Below, piece by piece: positions 12,851 through 26,300 of a stretch of DNA of 64,000 bases. The DNA is from Trichoplax adhaerens (Eukaryota; Animalia; Placozoa): the NCBI RefSeq assembly GCF_000150275.1, contig NW_002060943.1, positions 13,118,313 through 13,182,312 on the forward strand, written 5' to 3'. Every line of letters starts with the position of its first letter. Position 1 is the stretch's first letter. The position numbers and the translations under genes are program-made. Below the pieces are notes generated by a model that had not been told where the DNA came from, searched no databases, and worked only from the letters and a program-made list of their open reading frames with translations.

Positions 12851-14795
12851 TAATCGATTGGCTGCTATTAATAATCGACTAGAAATTGAACTAAAAATGA
12901 AAATAAGCTTACTGTTTATGAATTTCTACGGAAATTTTAAGAGTCCAACGTATAATACATTATATGAATGCTGAAAATAATCCTCGGCCAGAATGGATAT
13001 AATTCAATCTCAAACTGTTCTTTAAAAGCTTTCAGTATAACTAAGCATATTGTGCTCGCTCAAGTTTACAATATGCTTTAAAGTCGATGAAAATCTTTTT
13101 TGTAATCATATTTATGAGAAAATAATATACGTATGTCTGTGTGCTGAATGATAATATAGCACAATGTACTATAATAATTCATCGCGATAGGGGTATTTTG
13201 ACAAGGTTAAACAAAAGTATCGAATAAGCAATTGTTTGAAAGTAATCCATTACAGTACAATGTTCAATAACTTTAATATACACAAAATATACATGTAGTA
13301 CTGCCCATTAGAAAGCAAGCATGAATATCAGACCATATGTTGATGGATTATCGCTATGTGCAACAAATTAGAAGATACAATGGAAGCGAATTACAAGGCT
13401 CAAAGCGTACAAAGTATTGTCGAAAATCAAGCTTACAAAATTGTATTTACTTTTGTATCTAACAACGTTAGTCTAGGAACTGTTATTCTAGAGACATAAC
13501 AACTTGATTAAATATAATCAACATGTACAATTAAGTATGATGCACATGAACGGCTAAATGGCGTAGAATGGCCAACCCAACATATAAATATGAATATTCT
13601 AATGTGAGCTGTTTTCCTCAAAAGAAACAGAACAACTTGATGGAATTGAATCGTTTCATAAGCACGGTATATGGAACGTACATATGAGTGTGTTTCTGTC
13701 AAAGGACGATACGGTTAGAGGTCGTATAAGAATGATATTTATGCATCATAAATATATACGCTTAAAAGCGAAGAATTACTACCAAACCAGGTAGATGCAT
13801 TGGTGTACAAATCAATCCCCTTCACGGGTTAAGCATGCCCTTGTAAGCGTACGTCAACTCTATATCTTATATAGATTATCATATCCCATCAAAATGGCAT
13901 TTATAACTATAAGTAGTATAATTATGAATGACTACTAAGTAAAATGCTAATGATCTCGTTTACTAAACCGTATCTATCCTATAGAATAATTTATACCACC
14001 GCATGTTACTAAGGTATTGGCATTGTCTTTTCCAAGCCCGATATAAAATGGATAACTTGACCAAAAGATTGGTTATCATCGTTGCCTACAACAACGGTGA
14101 TACCGATTGCTATATTTCATTATTGGACGCTAATTTCATCTTGACGGCCAACTGCCTCAATTAAATTAGAATTATGGCAAAATTAAGTAGCAACAGCAAT
14201 CATAAAAGACACAATATCTATTAGTATATGTTCCAGGAGACTTGAATGTATTTATCAAATTACGTTAAGGAATGGTTTTCATAAATAGACGAAGTAATCA
14301 TTTGCTATACGTATGTTGGCAATTCGGTCTATTAGATAAAAGTTAAAATCAATATAGTAAGAACAAAATTTTTTTATAGATGCGCAAGATAATAATGGAT
14401 GCTAGTTATTATAAAGATTCATCTGTGTAATGATGTAATGTAACTTAGTATTGTGATTGTAGACTATTAACTATATCTAGTATGATGTACGATAGCGTGA
14501 CTTCTATATTTATCGTAATACATATTTAGTAGCTCATAACTATAAACTGTAATGATCGATTCTATGCTACGATACAGATGACTATATATAGTAGAGTTTA
14601 GAGTTACTATTAAGGTTAAAGGTAAAACTAGAACTGTAATTAATACATTAGGATATGGTTAGTACATTGTGTTTTGGCTGGTGTAAATAATGTCTACGAA
14701 AATACTGTAGTCGTTTCCATATTGGATTAATAATGATTCGCTGTAAAATATTGCTACTCATAACAATTTTAATACATGTAAATATAGCAGAATAT
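12727..14795. repeat. Near-identical copy of 1-2068
   Basis: See 1-2068. Confidence 0.95.
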
Positions 14796-15459
14796 TGCTA
14801 AGCTGATTGTAGCTGTGAATCCCAACCACCCTCCCTTGAAATGAGCAGCGCGGGGGTATTTATAGTACTGTTAAATGACTCTGATTATGGGTTCATTTCA
14901 ATAGGTCAGTATAAGATTCTTACAGTACTTTTAACCTAAAGATTTCTTCATGTAAAACGAATAGCTCTAAGGTAGTAATTTCTGCAGAGTACTGATTATT
15001 AAAATAGTATTCGTTATATCGCTAAGGGTGGCCACTGGGCCTTTAAATTTTGATTTCATGTAATATTCTGATGAAAATTGAATAAACATAGAATCTTTAT
15101 AGAGTTTTCTATACAGCCATTTTGATTGTTACATTTTCTTATAACGGTTGTTATCGACAGAGCAAGCTTTGCTTGCATACGACAGCGATCCTTAGACACA
15201 TTATAATGATTGGTATAGAATTGACCACAGTACGAAGGACATTCTACCGCACTGTAGATATCTTACAGTACCTGCTAATCTTAACTTGGTATGTCCATCA
15301 CCGTACATTAGTTATCATAATGTGCTCTGGACCATTAACTAATCTTAATATAGCATAGTATATTACTGTTACTAGGATATATATAATATCGGATGATAAT
15401 ACTATCTGTTAATTTTATTAAGAAATTGACCATAAACGTATATTTGACAGTTTCGCTCA

Positions 15460-15509
15460 NNNNNNNNNNNNNNNNNNNNNNNNNNNNNNNNNNNNNNNNN
15501 NNNNNNNNN
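15460..15509. other. Assembly gap (N-run)
   Basis: 50 Ns. Confidence 1.
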
Positions 15510-15839
15510 GATGGAGACACAGCAAGAATTCTTTTGATGGTGTTTTTCTGTTAGCCAGATGAAATTCCAAGATTCGATAGACGAAGGAACGAAGCTAATA
15601 ATTAATGTTTATGGTTTTATCGAGGAACGAAGCCAGTGAGCAGCTGATGACCAAGAAGCAGGAGCAATAGATAAACAATTTAGATTGTTTAAGGTTAATT
15701 GTTTGTCTTAGTCTTTTTTACTATATTTACTCTAACCTACTACATACATAATCACCTACAAGTATCGATATTTGCAGGTGTACAAATGAAGAATAATTTC
15801 TAGCTAGGATACGATCTTTCTAGTTCTGGCTCCCTGTTA

Positions 15840-18800
15840 AGTGGTAAATTAAATCAACTTATTTAGCTACTATATCTCCTTTAATGTCTTCTTTGATGGT
15901 CATCAAGTAGTAATACTTAAGATTGATCTAAACAAGCAAAAACTACCTATATGCCAATAAAAAGTTAAGTTATTATATGTTACTGTTACGGAGCCATGCT
16001 CTGAAATATTAATTGCTATGTTAATTAAAATATCTCATTTAAATTATTGTTTGCTCCAGTAGCTTGTTAGATATTAATATTTATTAATAAGTACTTGTTC
16101 AATATTGTTGACGTGTCGGAGCTAGCACGCTTAGTCTGTAAACCTTAATTAATAACACCTTAAGTGTAAGATCAATTACTTTGCAGAGCCTTGAGGCTCT
16201 AGTTGCTATACTAAGATATGTATACTGTACAGTGTACGCCGCTATTTCAAGAATATTCACAAGTGTACCATCGGCAAGACTATAAAAAGCGGAGCACTGG
16301 CTTAGCTTCTCAGTTCCACTTAGTCATTTGCAGAATCTTTTGACTATTATTGCTAAGAATATTCTTATATTTTTCTTTAGTACATTTTACGACTAAGGTT
16401 AACGAAAATAAAGTAAAGTATTTAAACCTATTACTCAGTAGTAGCTTTTTGTGTAGCTGAGAGTTAGTTGGGAACACAAGTACTAGTGAAGATAGTATTT
16501 AAGACCCGTTTCTTGTTACAAAGAAGAATTGTAACAGTTACCTTTAGTTTATACAAGAATTTTTTAATAATTGATTTTATTGCGGATTGTCTAACGATTG
16601 AGATCTACATAATGCAGTGTTACCGCAATAGTTATAACAAGTTGACAACAATAACTCATCCGACAGCTTTACTACAAGTCAAATCCGAAAGGTCAATAGT
16701 CATAGATCTATCAACCGATCGGTTAATTCTTTAATCTTAAAAATAAAGCCAAATTCTAAGGTAAAATCTACTTTAATACCAAATAAAGACATAACATTTA
16801 GAGAGAAAATTGGTTTAGTCGGTACACAGCAACTTTTATATAATATCGATCGCATACTGTAGCTGTATAATACTGTATACAACTATAATATATAATTAGT
16901 CGGAATCAAATGAAGTTCTGTCGTTATCTTCTCTATTTTTCTTATATTATTCAAATAAATATTACAATGTCTATGAAAACTAAAAATTAGCCTCATAAAA
17001 TCAACTATAGCGCATTATGTAAATTGAACTGCGGTATTTGCTGATATCTTCTTATGTGGGATAGTCTTAGCAAACTAATAAATATCATTACGAGTGATAG
17101 AGAATTGAATGAATTATATTGTTATTAAAATAAATTAATTTTGATTTTAATTAACACTTCGATACTCTTCTAATTCAAAGGAATATTAGGCTAGAAACAT
17201 AAATAATTAACTGCAAGTAGCTTATGAAGAGTTATTTTTATTCTGTATTGCAGAAAAGTTAGCCTAGTAAATATGATTTTGCAGTAATTTAGGATGTAAC
17301 TATAAATTACCTACTAAATTAACTTATATCTATAATATACATGATTGCCTTTTTTGGTGTTAATAAAAGTATTTTAACCCTAGTGCATGATTTTTGATAT
17401 TGTATTTAAAAAGCAAAGAAACAGATTTAATCTGAAATTCGAACCTACAATAAATTCAAATTGCAGCTATTTTGATCCATCAATCATAGTAATTTATAAT
17501 TTACCGTGGAAACTCAATATTGTGTTGATTATTTCATCAATGCAGAATTTCTAATGTTATACTATTGTCGTAGTGGTTTTAATCGAATTGAACTACACAC
17601 TTGACCGATATACCGTAACCATTGAGGCGCATTACTTCTAAAATTATAATTAAAGTAGCCATAAATAATCGCATTATAAACAACGCAGGCATAATTAAAA
17701 AGAAGTAAAACATCAAAGACGCTGTAACCCAAGTATAAATTTGGAAACTGAATTGACCCAAATCTTATTAAGATGAAGACTAGGTGATAAGGCAGATTGC
17801 CGACGATAAACAAGATAAGGCAAGTAATAAAGATTTTAGTAATTCGCTTTTTAGCTTTCAGTTTCAGTTTATCCCGAGTTATTAAAAGTGTACGATGTCG
17901 TACATTTGTGGATCTGTTACTCGGACATGAATTCATGGATTTGTATGTTGGTGCTGATCGACACAACCTTTTAGCAGAAATTATATACAATATTGTCATA
18001 GTAATAGCTGGTATTAGATAAACCAGAATGGTATAACTCAGGAAAAAAATAGCTTCTGAGAAGGGAATAGAATACCAGTAGAAAGTATCATCGGACGAAG
18101 TAAAATTTACCTGTATATCTAAATAAGGATTTTTTGGCCAATCCTGAAAACAACTTTTAAATCCATGATAAAAACCAATGTTCAAATAAACTCCTAATGG
18201 CGTCCAATACAAGAAGGCAAATAACCAACATAGTGGTAAAAATATATAGACTTTAACTAGATTCATTCTCAGTTTGTTGTTTGTAGGATATACAATAGAA
18301 TGATATCGATCGATACAAATAGTTGTTAATGTGATAGATATAGATGTAGTGCATGCTAATGATAGAACTTGAGACATTTTACATACATAGATATTAAACG
18401 GATATATAGTAGGTTTTTGGATTAAAAAAAGAAGCTGACAAATTCGAATTGGTATCCTTATGCTTGATATCAGTAATCCAGCTAAGGCTAAATTACAAAC
18501 TAATAAATTGGTTGGTGTCCGCAGATGCCTGTTCATTAAAGTTATCCATAAGATCAACAAGTTACCAGGTATTGCTATGATAATAAGTAACACATAGATA
18601 GTAACTGAAATGATGAACGTCGTCTGCATGATTTGCTCATAGCAATTAATTGTCACAGCGGCAGTAAGTGCTTGTGTGCTGTTGATTGTATCATTAAAGC
18701 TAGTGCCCATAATGATATTTATTTTTTAAGATGGACGTCTAATTTACTCAATAATTTCTACTTCGTAAAGTTTCTCAATTTAAATGAATATATCAGTATC

Positions 18801-19755
18801 TGTATAAACTGTTAGGATAATCCAGGATTGAAATAAATACCTAATGCTTCAGCGATAGCTTGCTAATAATATATAACCATAAGTTCTTTCGATTAGCTAC
18901 CATAGCTCTCCAAAAAAATTAATGCTAAATGTCTTACAAGTACGATATTTTACTAAGTTTAAAACAATTGCACCGTCGGCGTTCTCCTAGCAAATAATAT
19001 CGACCCTAGTACGAGCTGTACAAACCTTACAACTGTCGATTCCCCGTCATTTAGAAGCTTATATCTATTGCTGTGTGGGGTCGCTTATATTATTAAGTTG
19101 ATCAATGAGATTGTTCGTATCTAATCTAGATAATCAAATTAGCTACTAATTAATGAAATTTAATTTAAGGAACTGGAGACAAATAAAAACGAACTTTGAT
19201 CTCGAATCGGCGACTACTACGAAGATTGCACGACTAAGTATAATAAATAAAATATAATTTTCACTAGTAATGCGACGGATTAATTAAAGAATTGGCAATT
19301 TTCTAAATGTATGGCCAAAATTATTACGTAACCAAACTTTTTATCGGAGGGTCATTTCACTTTCAAATATAGCTCCTAAATTAAGAAATTAGGTTAAAAC
19401 ATCGTGATACGCAATACACTAATGACTCTTGTATGCAAAAGTACAAATTAGTGCGCTCATTGGTTTATTTTTTACTCTATTCTATAGTGACTGTGACCTG
19501 TGTTTGATATTGAATATTTAAATTTTTACAAAAGATAGCAGAAATGTTTCAAAATAGAACTGACTGCAAAATGTTTCAAATAATGAATATTATTATCAGC
19601 TAGCAAGGATAAAATTTTGTACGAGTATTTTCCAGCGTACCATAGTTAACTTGTGTATACCATTAAATAGTAGCCCTATTAATAGTATTTATCCTCCGTA
19701 ATTTTGCACATAGTAGTAGGGGAATAGTATTTTACTACAATTCATAAATTAAAAT
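15840..19755. repeat. Older segmental duplication, copy B, interrupted by a ~1.9-kb GPCR-bearing segment
   Basis: Homology to 9880-11480 stops at ~17001 and resumes at ~18924. Confidence 0.8.
17562..18710 (-). CDS. Intronless class A (rhodopsin-like) GPCR, peptide-receptor-like, 382 aa
   Basis: Seven hydrophobic segments, N-terminal N-glycosylation sequons (NDT, NST), TM1 GN, LRTPTNLLVCNLA, TM3 Cys and DRY, ECL2 CFQDWP, TM5 YLIP, helix-8 NYNFR. Confidence 0.95.
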   Translation of the reverse strand: MGTSFNDTINSTQALTAAVTINCYEQIMQTTFIISVTIYVLLIIIAIPGNLLILWITLMNRHLRTPTNLLVCNLALAGLLISSIRIPIRICQLLFLIQKPTIYPFNIYVCKMSQVLSLACTTSISITLTTICIDRYHSIVYPTNNKLRMNLVKVYIFLPLCWLFAFLYWTPLGVYLNIGFYHGFKSCFQDWPKNPYLDIQVNFTSSDDTFYWYSIPFSEAIFFLSYTILVYLIPAITMTILYIISAKRLCRSAPTYKSMNSCPSNRSTNVRHRTLLITRDKLKLKAKKRITKIFITCLILFIVGNLPYHLVFILIRFGSIQFPNLYLGYSVFDVLLLFNYACVVYNAIIYGYFNYNFRSNAPQWLRYIGQVCSSIRLKPLRQ

Positions 19756-22700
19756 TATCGAAGCAAAAGATCAAATATTAATGTTAACCTTTAACCTTTG
19801 TTGATAGTAATGTGACTTTAAATATAACATCTAGCTGTATTTCTAGTATTTATTGTTCAAGTAAAATAAATATCATCACTAATTGAACGGAAGTTGAAAT
19901 TGAAAGGTCGTTTAATAATAAGAAGAATAAAGCATCAAGGATATATACGGCTACGATGGAAAAGTGTAGCTCAAAGGATTTAAATTTACGAAATATTGGA
20001 TATTAAATATGAAATAATAATGATTTCTAGCTAATGTATTAGGAGTAGTTTGTAATTTTACGATTAGTTGTAGAAACAAAATATCTCTTCGTTACGTAAG
20101 AAACGATGTACGGTATACAATGAAATACAACTTTATTTTAACGATAACAGCTAACCATATACCATAGCATGACATGAAATCGACACAATATAGAGAACTT
20201 GGACGCCATATTGTAACTTCGTCAACAACGCCGACTCAGCAAAGACTCGGATTGAGTCTAAAATACAAATAAAAGGAATATCACTCTGTGTAGCGATGAA
20301 GATATGCATTCTAAACTCATTACTAATTATATAGTGCTATTTGAGAAAGATGAGCGTTTTACGTACGCAATTGATATCGCGACGCTAAATGATCGAGATT
20401 TAATTTAAGTGATTTTAGATACAATAATACTAATCAGTTAATGAAAGAAGATGTAAAGAATCCGATAATAGTTTGTCGCAAGAGTATCAACTAGTAAGCT
20501 GTATAATTTATGAGCTACTATGCAACTATATAAGCATTCTCGAGAGATATTTAACCGTATCAATAGTGAGAGCCATTTGTATGATTCATTTAATGAAATA
20601 ACTTCACGAACCCAACAGCACTAACAAATAGACCACTGTTGAAGTTGATTGATTAATATTGAAATTTGTAATATATACTAATTCTATCCTTGCTATAGAA
20701 TGTCCATTTAATACATTGTCTCCTAATAGTTACAGATAAAAGCAGTTTAATATTTAACTTTATTGTTGGCTATTACAGTAGTAAACTTAGACAAGGTATT
20801 CTATGTATAGCTAGATCTCAGATTGAACTCGCTACAAAAGAGGCCGCTCACATTCTCATTTAAGGTTATAGCTACCGCTTCTACATTATTTACTAATAGC
20901 ACTCGACTATTTTACATCTAACTATGGTATCATTTACACTACTCGTCTCCTACAAGGTGGTACCGCCATCTTACTATTTATCATCAGAACCTGACTAAAG
21001 GAACCTATTAGCTACAGCTAAAGATCTAGTCACCCACCATCCACATTTACTATCAATATAGCAGATTAATTAAAAGTTAGTTGTTTTGTTAAAGAATGTT
21101 ATACTTAAATAATTAATAGACGATACAGTACTCAAAAGTGTTTAAATATGAGTAGTATAGAAATGCCCAAGTCGTCGCCAAAAACAAATGCAATTTGACG
21201 TAAATAATACTATACTTGGTGTGATAAAGTGTCTTCTCAAAAATATAATAAGAACTACAGCTTCTTATAGATTTCACTTAATTACATAAGATTAGGTTCA
21301 TCTTACAACTACCAAGGACTCTCTATCTGCAATCAGACTATTTTTAGACTATCTAAATCAATACAGCAATATTCGCGATTTATATATAATGAAGAGTACT
21401 TAAACAATAATTTCCCTTCAAATACAATCATATCTTACCAATTAAGTCACAAGATCGTATCTAAGCTTAATATCTAGCTATCAATTCGTGATTCGCGCTT
21501 CTAATTAAAGCGTCACAATGTAAATCTCACAATACTAACATACTTAGCGCAATCTATTATTATAATACGTACTGTATACATCTTCCACTATTAGACACTT
21601 ATACAATCTTCCAATCTAGCATACAATTTATCTATTTTTGTACAATTCTATAATCTTAGTCTTGAGCTTGTTTGGGTATGCACTACACTTGGCTAGTTAT
21701 CATGTACGAGTTTATTGTACCCTCTTAATCTGTAGTTAGGAGCCACTGGCCCATTATCTTAATACTGTACTTATTAACATCGATGTTCATCAAAAACTAA
21801 TGATATCGGATAGCAATTATATTTGATTTGGTAATCATACAAAACATGATACTTCTTTTACTTTTTTAAAAAGCTTGATTTATTTATTCTCCTCGATTTT
21901 CCTTGCTCGTATTTGCTACATAACGTTTGACTTGCAAGATTGCTTATCCATTACTTATATAATAGTTTTACGAAAATGAACAAATTAATGCAAACGTAAG
22001 CGTACAGTTAATGCGAAATTGACATTTACACTATAGATTAAGAACGTAACTGTTGATAACATTGTTGATAGCTTCTACTTGTATTACCGTATATTTCTGT
22101 AGGCAAAGTTGTAAAGTTAACTTCTAATTACAGAGGCAATAATATTATAAATTTGATATTCCTATTATCTATCCAGTTCGTAGTAATGCGATATCATATA
22201 ACGCCAATCAGTCTTAATGCAAACATATTATCAATATTTTATTACATTCCTACGAATCATAAAATATCTAATCGTCAGTAGTATTTATAGCAAGATGGAA
22301 GTATTAATTGACTATCGGGACAATTATAGCATTAAAAAGTATATCTAGCATACATTAGACGAAGTCGCAGCGATAAGCCTGAGACGAATTAAAACACTGA
22401 CGACTTTATTTTTTAAAATTTCGTCCGTGGATGCCCGATTGATAATTAATTAATCTGCTTACTTATAAATAAATAAACACCAAAAATTGCGATAAGTACA
22501 ATCAAAATAAAGGTTTTATTACCATTACGATTGTACATCGTAAGTGCAATCAAAGGCTTTAATAACCAATAACTTTACATTAACAACATCAATTGTATAC
22601 TCGTTTACAAAATCGACTAGGGTCATAATATCTGACGAAGCATCGACAAAGAAGAGCCCTTCAAAAACGATGTTCACCCTATTTTATATTGCATGTAGAT

Positions 22701-23352
22701 ATTTTTATATTACAATTACAATCTACGATAAAATTGGATGCAACATCCCAAGGTGTTATTGCTAGATTTACGTTTAAACTTATATCAATAATAAGAGAAT
22801 AGTAAAGCTGATTAGTGATCGTTATAGGTTAAATGTATTTCTACCTTATGTATGCCAAGCTGCGTGAAGGAGTTAGAGAAACTGTGACACAAAGTCAAAT
22901 TACTAGGAATAAAATCGAGTACATGTAATCTGGACTACATAATCTTAGATTTCGATGTTTTTACATTACTTTAGTAAGAAGATGTAATTAGTGTATCCTA
23001 AACATAGCAGCAGCAAGATTGAGATAGACCGAATTCTTTACCCATGGCATAATGATATCGTTATCGTTTTCCAGCATGAACAATAATTATTTAATGTCAG
23101 CCTACCATAATATACGAAATAAAAGCGTATAGGGTAATCAAAATTCTTATGAATTATCGATTATTATGGTAGCAATTTAAGGCCAGATTGTGAGGTAATG
23201 AACAAATACTTGTATCTATTTGTTGTCATAAAATGTATTGCATTAAGTTAAGGAGATTCATGTAGGTATAGGCATTAATAATACGGTTTTGACAATATAT
23301 TTTGCCTTGCAGTGATCGTTTTTCTGCTGGTGATCCACATTTTCAAGTTAAT

Positions 23353-26300
23353 TCAATCGATGACTGGGTTGTTTTGCAACAAATATTCAGCCTGAAATTG
23401 AAATTGAAATCATTTGATGAGCTTATGTTGGCGATAAATTCGTATACTATTTAGGGAAACTTACCAAAAAGTCAACAGGATCATCTGGTCTGGACTTGCA
23501 GCATTCAATTAAACCTTCACTTAATGTTGGCATAACATGTTTCATCAAATAATTTCTTAACGGAATTGACCGGGTATCAATCAATTCCTTTTCCTGTTTT
23601 CTAACTTCGTCTAATCGTTGTTTCTGCAACAGTCAATGCAGTGCAGAGATAAATACTTACTGTACAGTAGCAGTAGATAACAAGTATACAGGTGCTTTGA
23701 AGCTGAAGCTATGAAAGATATTATCATAAATCAGTTACCCATTCGGTTTGTCGTATAGCTCGTTCTTCTGCTTCTCTGGCTTCTTTTTCTTCTCGTTCAA
23801 TCTTTTCCTGTGCTTCTCTTAATTCCTATACAGACATTAAAGTGACTATTTGTTATACTTTGTTTCTTTGAGTAACAAGGCAAATATTTTACTCTAATCT
23901 ATATTGACGCTTACTCTTTCTTCCTCTTCTCGACGTTTAATTTCTTCTAGTTCTTCGGCAGTTGGACCTGAAAATACAATTAAAGAATTTCGTATTTAAA
24001 AATATAAGAAATTGATGACCAAATTATTATGACTGAGAAAACAAAAACCAATAGTTTATTAAACTGATGTATTATATTTCTATTTCAGGTAGTGACTACA
24101 CTATTACAAACCATAATTTCGTGGCTCTCCAATAAGCTTTATAATTGCTTTGACAGTGTTCAAAGCTTTAGGAGAATCATCATCGGTGACATCTAGTTAT
24201 ATTAGGATGAGATATGAAGATTCACAATTAGAATGTTAAGGCAGACTCGGCTCAGAGTAGACCATCAGTATGAGGTAATATACACTAAATCTTCAAATTC
24301 TTACAGCTATAAGAACTTAGATTTAAGGATGCTAGCACAAACTTGAAACATTTTAACTGATTATCATCATTATGTTAGTTTAGGAGTTTAGCTTGAGGAA
24401 CTATTAACTATCTTGTAGAAGATTAATTATCAATTAAAAGTATTTTATCGCTTCCCACAAGTATGAATTTTTAGATCTATTTTAGGTAGTCAGAGTTTAG
24501 CATTACGAACGACTAAAGGCAGAATTAACTGCAATTATGACGAAAGTATATTTAAGAAATAAACTTGATCAAAATCTGAATTGTATTGTTTAAAGTGTAC
24601 CGAAGCGAAGTTACCGTACATATTGGAAAATTATCTTGTTCTCCTCGTTTTGAATAATGAATATTATAGAATACAATTTGGAAATATACGCCAAATTTTT
24701 ATTTTTCGACGATAAATGACTATCGAGTAAACCTTGATCATATTATTACATATTTACCAAAGTGTTCCGGATGAATTTCAAGCTCATCAAAATAATTCAA
24801 CACAGTTTCATCTTCCGTATTTTCTGCTCTGTATCGAGCTAATCTTCTGATTAATCCTGTATAATAGTGCTTATTTTTAAGTCCTGAAAAACTTCGATAA
24901 AATTAACAAAGTATGAAAGCAACTTCGTTACTTACCTTCTTCGGTATTATGAGAGCCATGAACTTCTTTTTCTGGTAAATTGATGACTCGATTCTTTAAG
25001 AAATCATCCGATGCATCAAGCGAGATGATAAACTCTGTACAATGCAGGAGCATCTAGTTAGCTTACTTTGCAATTTTTGAAAATGATATATCGAAGCTAA
25101 AACGTTGTTGGTGCATACCTGGCATGATAGAGGCATCATATTCAGGTAAATTTTCTTCAGTATCATCCTCGTCTTCTTCAGCTATAATAAAAAGCATTCA
25201 AGTTTAGCTTTGTAGTGTATGAATTGATTCGCATTATCATTATTCTTGGTTTGTTATTAAGAAACTTACATGCAAATAACTCTTGAGCTTGCGAATACAG
25301 CTTAGGATAGCCATCTATAATAAAGCCCTATTAAAAAAGTAGAAAAAATACTCGTATTCTTAGATAGGCTTACTCTATGTTAATCAAGTCCATTTGATTC
25401 AGACTCATTATTTGAAACAATTCAGCAGCAAAGTTTAGATTTATGAAATACTTTATGCAATAATATTCATAATTACGAAACATACCTGATTTTGGCATGG
25501 CATCGATTTTAACTTTTGACGAAAAAACCGAACAACAAATTGATCATCGTATCGTCCTAATGGTTGTTTAAACATATTGACATTTTATTATAATAATTTC
25601 TACATAATTTTTATACATCGGTAAAATTGTTTAAGATAGATTAGTATGAAGATAAAATAATAATACGATGTAAGATACCATTGTTCTGCTCTCTGTTCTC
25701 TTGTAATGCTTCCAATAATTCTTGATCTTCCTGAGCTCTCTGATCATCTTCTTCATCTTCATTTTCAATATCTGCTCTGGCAGCGCTACGCTCCTACAAG
25801 CATTCAATAATTAGTTAAAAGACTCATCGGTTTCTTTCACTAGTAACAATATACTGTACTTAACATTAGAAGAAAAATAAAATCTTAATTATTATATCTG
25901 AACCATGTCTTACCAACTCAGAAATAGCATCTTGAATGACCTCAGTCATTTTGATGTGATGTAATTTGTAATGTTTACAGAGCTGTTCGACGATAGTAGA
26001 TTTACCAACAGCTGGAGGTCCAAACACAAACATACGTAAAGGCTACAAAATTAACCATTAGAAAATTAGTCGATCTTACCTTAGTAATGAAAAAGTATAA
26101 TAAGGAAATATACGTTTTCAATTCATATTAATGTCTTACAAATAATTTTCTTTCTTCTTTGTATTCTCTGATGACACCCTCAATATTATCCACTAAGCCA
26201 GTCTAAACAAGTTAGATTAGCATTAATTTTGTTAAATTTATTGACTTAAATAATATCTCTAATCAGATTAGCTTACTTCGGCCACCCATTCAACGTTTAA

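Noticed and set aside
19760-23300. Long stretch between the duplication and the AK7a 3' end, including ORF 22544-22765
   Set aside because: No supportable gene, RNA or repeat structure seen.
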